The notes under the pieces were generated by a model that saw only the letters and a list, made by a program, of their open reading frames with translations, was not told where the DNA came from and searched no databases. Below, piece after piece: positions 57,157-64,000 of a stretch of 64,000 nucleotides of DNA. Position 1 is the first letter of the stretch. Each line of letters opens with the position of its first letter. Where the stretch lies: assembly GCA_963751315.1 (NCBI GenBank), contig CAVVUH010000038.1, forward strand, positions 148,590 to 212,589. The letters are read 5' to 3'. The translations under genes and the position numbers were made by a program. Source of the stretch: an uncultured Actinomycetota bacterium. GTDB taxonomy: Bacteria; Actinomycetota; Actinomycetes; Mycobacteriales; Mycobacteriaceae.

Positions 57157-58796
57157 GACTGCAGCTGGCGGACGATCGCCTTCTTGTCGACCTTGCCGAC
57201 AGCGGTTGTCGGCAACGAGGTCATCCCGGTCAGCACATCCGGCCGAGCATGCTTGGCCACTCCGCGTTGGTCGAGATAGTCGTTCAACTCCGTCAAAGTC
57301 ACCGGGTTGCCCGCGAAAACAACGGCTGCGCAGACCTTTTCGCCTAGATAAGGATCCGGCAGCGCTACCGCCGCTGCTGACGAGATCGCCGGGTGCGCAC
57401 GCAGGTGTTCTTCGAGGTCGCCCGCGGCGATGGTCTCGCCGCCGCGGTGGATGACGTCTTTCACCCGGCCGGTGACCTCCAGGTAGCCGTCGGCGTGTTG
57501 GCGGACCAGGTCGCCGCTGCGGTAGAAGCCGTCCGGGTCAAAGCAGCGCGCGTTGTCACTCTCGGCGCGGAAGTACCCGTTGAACGTGTACGGACCCCGC
57601 ACCAGCAGTTCCCCCTCGGCGCCGGGCCTCACCGGCCGGCCGGCGTCGTCAACGATGCGCAGCTCGTCGTCGGCAGACAGCGGCCGGCCCTGAGTCCGGT
57701 CGACCACTTCCGGCGGATCGCCGGGTCGGGTGTAGCACAACAGCCCTTCGGCCATGCCGAACACCTGCTGCAGGCCGGGCGTCAGTGTCTCGCGGATCCG
57801 CCGGGCGTCATCGGTCTCCAGCTTCGCGCCGCCAACTTGCAACAGCCGTAACGATGTTGGCGTCACCGGCTCCCAGTCGGTGGCCTGCGCCCACAGGTTA
57901 GCCAGCGCCGGAACCACCGCGGTGACGGTGACACCGTGGCGCGCGATGGCGTCGAACGCCGACTCCGGGCTGGGGTCGGTGGTGAACACCGTGCTAGCGC
58001 CGACCGTCATGGCGCCGAGCAGACCGGGGCAGGCCAACGGGAAGTTATGTGCGGCCGGCAGCGCCACCAGGTAGACGTCGTCACCGGTCAGGCCGCAGAC
58101 CTCGGCGCTGGCGGTGGCGTTGTAGACATAGTCGTCATGGGTGCGGGGGATGAGCTTGGGTGTACCAGTGGTACCGCCGGAGACCAGCAGCAGCGCCGGT
58201 GACGCGGGATCGGCGTTGCTCGGTGAGGGCCGCTGGCCACGGTGCGCGCACACCTGCGACCACGACACGAACGGTCCGGGTTCGCCGTCGACGATGATAT
58301 GGCGCAGCGCTGGATGGTCCTGCAGTAAGCGCTGCGCCATCGGGCGGTAGTCGAATCCGCCTGCGGTATCGGGGATTAACAGCGCCTTGGCCTCGCTGAC
58401 GGCGGCGAAGCGCGCCAACTCGGCGGCGCGGTGGCCGGGCAGGCACATCACCGGGATCGCGCCGGCGCGCAGCAACGCGAACAGGGCCACCGCGAACTCA
58501 CCGCCGTTCGGCAGTTGCAACAGCACCCGATCCCCGCGGGCGATCCCCAGCGCGGCCAGCCCGGCCGCGGCATGATCGGCGTGTTCGTCGAGCTCGGCGT
58601 AGCTCAGGCGCTGTGGTTGGTGGGGCGTTCCGCCGGCCTTGAGCACCGCGGCACGACCCGGCCATCGTCGCGCGGCCTCGGACAGAATCGAGTCGACAGT
58701 CCGGCCGGTCCAGTAACCGGCCCCGCGGTAGTGCGCCGCGCGGTCTGGCGGAAACGGCACAAAGCCGTTTAATCCGCTTTTCGCCCTCAATGACAC
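57153..58796 (-). CDS. mbtA: Salicyl-AMP ligase / salicyl-S-ArCP synthetase
   Basis: Aryl-acid adenylating enzyme (LLVSGGTTGTPKLI, YRSGDL, GKVDKK). Divergent from mbtB across a 78-bp iron-box region. Confidence 0.9.
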   Translation of the reverse strand: MSLRAKSGLNGFVPFPPDRAAHYRGAGYWTGRTVDSILSEAARRWPGRAAVLKAGGTPHQPQRLSYAELDEHADHAAAGLAALGIARGDRVLLQLPNGGEFAVALFALLRAGAIPVMCLPGHRAAELARFAAVSEAKALLIPDTAGGFDYRPMAQRLLQDHPALRHIIVDGEPGPFVSWSQVCAHRGQRPSPSNADPASPALLLVSGGTTGTPKLIPRTHDDYVYNATASAEVCGLTGDDVYLVALPAAHNFPLACPGLLGAMTVGASTVFTTDPSPESAFDAIARHGVTVTAVVPALANLWAQATDWEPVTPTSLRLLQVGGAKLETDDARRIRETLTPGLQQVFGMAEGLLCYTRPGDPPEVVDRTQGRPLSADDELRIVDDAGRPVRPGAEGELLVRGPYTFNGYFRAESDNARCFDPDGFYRSGDLVRQHADGYLEVTGRVKDVIHRGGETIAAGDLEEHLRAHPAISSAAAVALPDPYLGEKVCAAVVFAGNPVTLTELNDYLDQRGVAKHARPDVLTGMTSLPTTAVGKVDKKAIVRQLQS

Positions 58797-58840
58797 AAGC
58801 CCTCCTCGCTCGGGTGGCCCCAGGGTAAGGTAACCACAAA

Positions 58841-58859
58841 TTAGGGCAGCCTTCGCTAA
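58841..58859. promoter_or_regulatory. IdeR iron box in the mbtA-mbtB divergent promoter
   Basis: TTAGGGCAGCCTTCGCTAA matches the consensus TTAGGTTAGGCTAACCTAA at 13/19 positions, with both TTAGG/CTAA ends conserved. A weaker adjacent site lies at 58821-58839 (10/19). Confidence 0.6.
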
Positions 58860-58874
58860 TTAGGGGGAGGGGTT

Positions 58875-61800
58875 GTGGTTTCTCCGGCCGTGAGCACGGA
58901 CGCCATCCGTGGCGAGGTCGCCGAATTGCTCGGCGTCGGTATCGAGGCCATCGATCCGGAAGGCGACCTCATCGGTCAGGGCCTTGATTCGATACGGATG
59001 ATGGCCCTGGCAGGCCGCTGGCGGCGGCTGGGTTTCGCGGTTGACTTCGCTAAGCTGGCCGCCGCCCCTACGATCGGCGCCTGGTTGGAGCTGATGTCGG
59101 ACGTTGCGGACGTCGCTGCGCCGGAAACCCCGGAACCCCTCTCTGGCGACGCATCGCACCAGCCGTTTCCGCTGGCCCCGATGCAGCACGCGCTGTGGGT
59201 CGGTCGCCAGGACAACCAGTGGCTCGGCGGGGTGGCCGGGCATCTGTATGTCGAGTTCGACGGCGGTGCGATTGACCCGGAGCGGTTGCAAGCCGCGGCC
59301 ACCAGGCTGGCGCTGCGCCACCCGATGCTGCGGGTGCAGATTTTGCCCGACGGCACCCAGCGGATCCGTCCGTTAGCGGAATGTCCGAAATTCCCGGTCA
59401 CCGTCCACGACCTTCGCGACCTAGAGCCTGACGTCGTCGACCAGCGGCTCGCTGACATCCGAGCCGCCAAGTCGTGCCAGCAGCTCGACGATGCGGTGTT
59501 CGAGCTGGCAGTGTCGTTGCTGGCAGGGCAGCGGTCACGGCTACACGTCGACCTGGACATGCAAGCCGCCGACGCAATGAGCTATCGCACCCTGATGGCT
59601 GACCTCGCCACCTTTTACCGGGGTCGGCAACTTCCCGAGTTGGACTACAGCTATCCCGAGTACCGTCGGGCCATCGCGGCGGGAGAATCGCGGCAAGAGC
59701 CCCTGCGCGAGGCCAGCCGCGATTGGTGGGCGGACCGAATCCCGCAGCTGCCGGATCCGCCGGCATTACCCGAAGCGCCCGGACAACACAGTGCGCCGAT
59801 CAGCAGCCGGCGGTGGCACTGGTTGCACCCGACGACTCGCGACGCGCTGTTTACCGCGGCCCGCGCCCGTGGCATCACCCCGGCGATGGCGTTGGCCGGC
59901 TCGTTCGCCAACACCCTGGCGGTTTGGTCGTCCAGCCCGCGTTTCCTGCTCAACGTCCCGCTATTCGGTCGCCGGCCGCTGCATCCCGACGTCGATCTAC
60001 TGGTCGGCGACTTCACCTCGTCGCTGCTGCTCGACATCGACCTGACACACACCACAAGCCCCGTTGCGCGGGCGCACGCGGTGCAGGAAGCCATGCGCGC
60101 CGCGGCCGCCCACGCCGATTATTCGGGATTATCGGTGCTGCGGGACCTGGCCCGGCACCGATGCGCCCAGGTGCTGGCACCGGTGGTGTTCACTAGCGCG
60201 CTGGGCCTGGGTGAACTGTTCCGGTCCGATGTCATCAAAGCGTTCGGCACACCCGGCTGGATCATCTCCCAGGGCCCGCAGGTTTCGCTCGACGCACAGG
60301 TCACCGAATTCGACGGCGGCGTCCTGGTGAACTGGGACGTGCGGGAGGACATCTTCCCGGCCGGTGTCATCGACGCCATGTTCGCTCACCACATCGACGA
60401 ACTGCGGCGGCTGGCCTCTGCTGACGACTGGGACGCGCCGGGTCCGCCGGCATTGCCGGCGGCGCAGCGCGCCATGCGAGATAAGGTCAACGGCCGCAGC
60501 GCCGCGCCTAGCGGAGAGGCGTTGCACGACGGGTTCTTCCGCCGCGCTCAACAGCAGCCGGACGCGCCGGCGGTGTTCGCGAGTTCCGGTGATCTCACCT
60601 ACGCGCAGCTGCGCGACCAGGCGTTGACGTTGGCTGCGGCGTTGCGCGCGAGAGGGATTGGCCCTGGCGACACCGTCGCGGTAGTGGGCCCCAAAACTGC
60701 CGAACACGTCCCGGCCCTACTGGGGATCCTGGCCGCTGGTGGTGCTTATCTACCGATCGGTGTCGACCAGCCTCGCGACCGCGCGAAACGCATCCTGCAG
60801 ACCGGTCAGGTGAGTCTGGCCCTGGTCTGTGGCGGGCAGCAGCTCTCGCTACCGATGCCCGCGCTGACGATTGCTGACGTGGTCCACGACGCGTCTGTCG
60901 ACGCTGAAATCCAGCCCGCGAAAACCGATCCCGACGAGCTCGCCTATGTGTTATTCACTTCGGGCTCAACCGGGGAGCCGAAAGGCGTCGAGGTCGCGCA
61001 TGACGCCGCGATGAACACCGTCGAATTCATCACCCGGCACTTCGAAATCGGCCCGACCGACCGCTGCCTGGCGTTGTCGACCCTGGAATGCGACATGTCG
61101 GTGCTGGATATCTTCGCCACGTTGCGGGCGGGTGGCGCAATCGTGGTGGTGGACGAGGCTCAGCGTCGCGATCCCGACGCGTGGGCACGGCTGATCAATA
61201 CCCACAGCGTGACGGTGCTGAATTTTCTGCCAGGCTGGTTGGAGATGCTGGTCGAGGTCACGAAAAACTCAGCGGGGTGCCTGTCGTCGCTGCGAGTGGT
61301 GCCCACCGGCGGCGATTGGGTAAGGCCGGAGCTGGCCCGCCTGCTGAGATCCCAGGCGCCGCAACTACGGTTCGCCGGGCTTGGCGGTGCCACCGAGACC
61401 GCCGTGCACGCGACGATCTGTGAGTCGGCCGAGCTGCCGGCGGACTGGACCGCGTTGCCCTATGGCACACCGCTTCCCAATAACGCCTGCCGGGTGGTGA
61501 ACGACATGGGCGGCGACTGCCCCGACTGGGTCGTCGGCGAGCTGTGGGTGTCGGGACGCGGTATTGCGAGGGGTTACCGCGGACGCCCGGATCTCAGGGA
61601 ACAGCGTTTCGTCATGCATGACGGCCGAATCTGGTATCGCACAGGCGATCTGGCCAGGTATTGGCCGAATGGAACGCTGGAGTTCGTCGGACGCGCCGAC
61701 CACCGCGTCAAACTCAGCGGCTACCGCGTCGAGCTCGGCGAGGTTGAGGCCGCTCTGCGGCAAGTACCCGGTCTGGCAATAGCAGTCGCAGCCGTGGTGT

Positions 61801-62372
61801 CGACGCCAGGCGGCGCCGACATTTTGGCCGCGGCAGTCCGCGTTGACGACACCCAGCTGACCGCCGAAGGTGTGCGGGAAGCCATGACCGAACTCGTTCC
61901 CGCGCACATGATTCCGCGCCACGTGTCACTGCTGGAGCACATCCCGTTCACCCTCGGCGGCAAAATCGACCGGCGCATCGTCGAAGGCCAGCTGGCCGTC
62001 GCCGTCGCCGGTCTGGCTAAGCCAGGCCACCGGGTCCCGTCGACACCACTGGAATCCGCTCTTGCCGCGATCGTCGGCGATGTGCTCTGCGTGGAGGGGG
62101 TCGGAGTTGACGATGATTTCTTTGCCCTCGGCGGGGATTCGGTGCTGGCGACACAGGCCGTCGCTCGTATCCGGGCGTGGCTGGACACCCCGGACGTGAT
62201 GGTCGCCGACATCTTCGCCGCCCGAACCATTTCGGCACTTGCCGGCTTGCTCAGCCGTCGGGAACGTGACCCTGGGCGGCTCGATCAGGTTGCCGAACTA
62301 TATCTGGAGGTTATCCACATGGAGGCTGACAACGTAATATCGGCGATCGCTGAAACTGAAACGGTGCAATGA
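58875..62372 (+). CDS. mbtB: Mycobactin NRPS MbtB (ArCP-Cy-A-PCP), without the fused thioesterase
   Basis: ArCP GLDSIRMM, Cy motif DLDMQAADAMS (DxxxxDxxS), A-domain LAYVLFTSGSTGEPKGV and PCP GGDSVLA. GGGGGAGGGG precedes the GTG at 58875. Confidence 0.9.
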   Translation: MVSPAVSTDAIRGEVAELLGVGIEAIDPEGDLIGQGLDSIRMMALAGRWRRLGFAVDFAKLAAAPTIGAWLELMSDVADVAAPETPEPLSGDASHQPFPLAPMQHALWVGRQDNQWLGGVAGHLYVEFDGGAIDPERLQAAATRLALRHPMLRVQILPDGTQRIRPLAECPKFPVTVHDLRDLEPDVVDQRLADIRAAKSCQQLDDAVFELAVSLLAGQRSRLHVDLDMQAADAMSYRTLMADLATFYRGRQLPELDYSYPEYRRAIAAGESRQEPLREASRDWWADRIPQLPDPPALPEAPGQHSAPISSRRWHWLHPTTRDALFTAARARGITPAMALAGSFANTLAVWSSSPRFLLNVPLFGRRPLHPDVDLLVGDFTSSLLLDIDLTHTTSPVARAHAVQEAMRAAAAHADYSGLSVLRDLARHRCAQVLAPVVFTSALGLGELFRSDVIKAFGTPGWIISQGPQVSLDAQVTEFDGGVLVNWDVREDIFPAGVIDAMFAHHIDELRRLASADDWDAPGPPALPAAQRAMRDKVNGRSAAPSGEALHDGFFRRAQQQPDAPAVFASSGDLTYAQLRDQALTLAAALRARGIGPGDTVAVVGPKTAEHVPALLGILAAGGAYLPIGVDQPRDRAKRILQTGQVSLALVCGGQQLSLPMPALTIADVVHDASVDAEIQPAKTDPDELAYVLFTSGSTGEPKGVEVAHDAAMNTVEFITRHFEIGPTDRCLALSTLECDMSVLDIFATLRAGGAIVVVDEAQRRDPDAWARLINTHSVTVLNFLPGWLEMLVEVTKNSAGCLSSLRVVPTGGDWVRPELARLLRSQAPQLRFAGLGGATETAVHATICESAELPADWTALPYGTPLPNNACRVVNDMGGDCPDWVVGELWVSGRGIARGYRGRPDLREQRFVMHDGRIWYRTGDLARYWPNGTLEFVGRADHRVKLSGYRVELGEVEAALRQVPGLAIAVAAVVSTPGGADILAAAVRVDDTQLTAEGVREAMTELVPAHMIPRHVSLLEHIPFTLGGKIDRRIVEGQLAVAVAGLAKPGHRVPSTPLESALAAIVGDVLCVEGVGVDDDFFALGGDSVLATQAVARIRAWLDTPDVMVADIFAARTISALAGLLSRRERDPGRLDQVAELYLEVIHMEADNVISAIAETETVQ

Positions 62373-63133
62373 CTTTCAATAATCTGATAACAGTGTCGCA
62401 GACATTCGCACCCTGGATCAAACTGGTGCCGGGGCGCGATGGGACACAGCGCGCCGGCGCCACCGTGGTGTTTCCGCACGCCGGGGCAGCCGCCGCGAGC
62501 TACCGTAAGCTAGCGACCGCGCTGGCCGCGGGCGGCGACACCTACATCCTGCAGTATCCGCAGCGCGCAGAACGGCTGCACGAACCCGCCCCGGAAACGG
62601 TCCACGAGCTCGCCCTCGGCTTGTTCGAGGCCGGGGCATGGAGTCGGGTAGCGCCACTACGGCTTTTCGGGCACAGCATGGGCGCGGTCGTTGCCTTCGA
62701 GTTCGCCAGGATCGCCGAATCCCGCGACACCGCGGTGCAACGGCTCTGGGTGTCCGCCGGTCCGGCGCCGTGCGCCGTTGCCGGTATGCCGGAGTTGCCC
62801 ACCAGCGACGACGGGCTGCTTGCCGATATCGCCGACCTCGGCGGCACAGATCCCGATCTGCTTGCCGACCATGAGTTAGCCGAGCTGATTACCACCGCGG
62901 TACGGGCGGACTACCGAGCGATCAATCGGTACGACTGTGCTCCCGGTATCGGCATTCGTGCCGACATTTGCGTCCTCGGCGCGCGCGACGACCACCGCGT
63001 CGACGCCGCCGCTTTGCGGCTCTGGAAACAGCACACCGCCGGCGCGTTCGAACTGTCGCTCTACGACGGCGGACACTTCTACCTCAATGAGCACCTCGAC
63101 GCTGTCGCCGCGCGGGTGAATGCCGATGTCTGA
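62369..63133 (+). CDS. Thioesterase (alpha/beta hydrolase, type II TE-like), ATGA-coupled to mbtB
   Basis: GHSMGA nucleophile elbow and C-terminal GGHFYL. 254 aa. Confidence 0.85.
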   Translation: MTFNNLITVSQTFAPWIKLVPGRDGTQRAGATVVFPHAGAAAASYRKLATALAAGGDTYILQYPQRAERLHEPAPETVHELALGLFEAGAWSRVAPLRLFGHSMGAVVAFEFARIAESRDTAVQRLWVSAGPAPCAVAGMPELPTSDDGLLADIADLGGTDPDLLADHELAELITTAVRADYRAINRYDCAPGIGIRADICVLGARDDHRVDAAALRLWKQHTAGAFELSLYDGGHFYLNEHLDAVAARVNADV

Positions 63134-64000
63134 CAACCGAGTCACCGCCGCCGCCGAGCCGGTGGTGATCGTCGGCATGGCCGTGGAGGCGCCCGGCGGC
63201 ATCGACACCGCCGAGGGTTACTGGGAATTGCTGTCCCACGGCCGCGAGGCGTTGGGTCCGTTTCCCACCGACCGTGGTTGGCGGGTTCGCGAGTTGCTGG
63301 CAGGGTCACGGCGCAGCGGTTTCAAGGAAATCCATGACTGTGGTGGATTTCTGACCGGTGCGACGACGTTCGACCCGGAGTTCTTCGGCATTTCGCCGCG
63401 TGAGGCGGTCGCGATGGACCCTCAGCAACGCGTCGCGCTTCGGGTGTCGTGGCGTGCACTCGAAAACAGCGGCATCAATCCCGACGACCTGGCCGGCCAC
63501 GACGTGGGTTGCTTTGTCGGCGCGTCCGCTACCGGATACGGGCCTGCGATGACCGAGTTTTCCCGGCACAGTGGTCATCTGCTCGCAGGCACCGCGCTGA
63601 GCGTGATATCGGGGCGGATCGCCTACACACTGGGGTTGACCGGCCCGGCGCTCACTGTGGACTCCTCGTGCGCGTCCGCGCTGGCGGCCTTTCACGTCGC
63701 TATGCGCTCGGTGCAGAACGGCGACTGCGACTTGGCGTTGGCCGGCGGAGTCAACGTGCTGGGCTCGCCCGGTTTCTTCGTCGAATTCTCCAAACAACAT
63801 GCGCTCTCCGACGACGGGCACTGCCGCCCTTATAGCGCACAGGCCAGCGGAACGGTCTGGGCCGAGGGAGCCGCGATGTTTGTGCTGCAACGCAAATCGT
63901 CGGCGTTGCTCGCCGGCCGGCACGTTGTGGCAGAGGTCCGCGCCAGCGCGGTCAACCAGGACGGCCGCAGCGCCGGTCTCAGTGCCCCCAGCGGCGACGC
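63126..64000 (+). CDS. mbtC: Mycobactin polyketide synthase MbtC (ketosynthase domain), 3' end outside the window
   Basis: MSDNRVTAAAEPVVIVGMAVEAPGG...MDPQQR...VDSSCASAL is a KS N-terminus with its active-site Cys. The frame is open to the window end. The ATG at 63126 overlaps the TE stop. Confidence 0.85.
   Translation, partial: MSDNRVTAAAEPVVIVGMAVEAPGGIDTAEGYWELLSHGREALGPFPTDRGWRVRELLAGSRRSGFKEIHDCGGFLTGATTFDPEFFGISPREAVAMDPQQRVALRVSWRALENSGINPDDLAGHDVGCFVGASATGYGPAMTEFSRHSGHLLAGTALSVISGRIAYTLGLTGPALTVDSSCASALAAFHVAMRSVQNGDCDLALAGGVNVLGSPGFFVEFSKQHALSDDGHCRPYSAQASGTVWAEGAAMFVLQRKSSALLAGRHVVAEVRASAVNQDGRSAGLSAPSGD

Overview
This is a GC-rich Mycobacterium-type chromosome segment that looks like a slow grower; I cannot name the species. 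As far as I recall the M. tuberculosis H37Rv map, the backbone gene order matches the Rv2415c-Rv2381c region in inverted orientation: comEA-comEC-holA, rpsT, an ATP-grasp/alpha-E/transglutaminase triad, a CBS protein, a PemK-like protein, lepA, a PknH-sensor-type lipoprotein, a GH15 hydrolase, subI-cysTWA, chelatase-cysH-sirA, hemW, then mbtI, mbtA, mbtB, a thioesterase and mbtC. The left edge carries the ER-KR-ACP end of a type I PKS, a decayed PPOX-like gene and a fadE pair.

Two accessory blocks interrupt the backbone.
- Block (i), about 16 kb between hemW and mbtI, holds a DUF222 HNH nuclease, an SDR and a degraded phiRv1-type integrated element. The element consists of a WhiB-like pseudogene, a GT-A glycosyltransferase pseudogene and a serine-recombinase N-terminus fused in frame to a decayed P450. 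Three small secreted or helical ORFs and an HNH gene fragment follow. Next comes an ADH / ALDH-CYP-ferredoxin-amidohydrolase-amidohydrolase-CYP cluster, then an SbtA-like permease pseudogene.
- Block (ii), about 11 kb, splits the mycobactin locus between mbtI and mbtA. It holds an orphan ORF, a SAM methyltransferase, a 1 kb gap without a convincing gene, a Lip/MbtJ-like esterase, an MBL pseudogene, mmsA, an MFS transporter, an MBL-fold protein and a MmyB-like regulator/SDR pair.

I found no rRNA, tRNA, CRISPR array or intact IS element. At least seven genes carry frameshifts, nonsense codons or truncations, and all of them are non-backbone genes.

The best candidates for undescribed biology are:
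- the cargo inserted inside the mbt locus, including a possible methyltransferase/esterase tailoring pair;
- the CYP/ferredoxin/amidohydrolase cluster;
- the uncharacterised ATP-grasp/alpha-E/transglutaminase triad;
- the prophage graveyard with its perfect 14-bp tandem repeats;
- a lepA gene with no canonical start codon upstream of its P-loop.

All calls come from reading the translations and DNA by eye. No searches were run.
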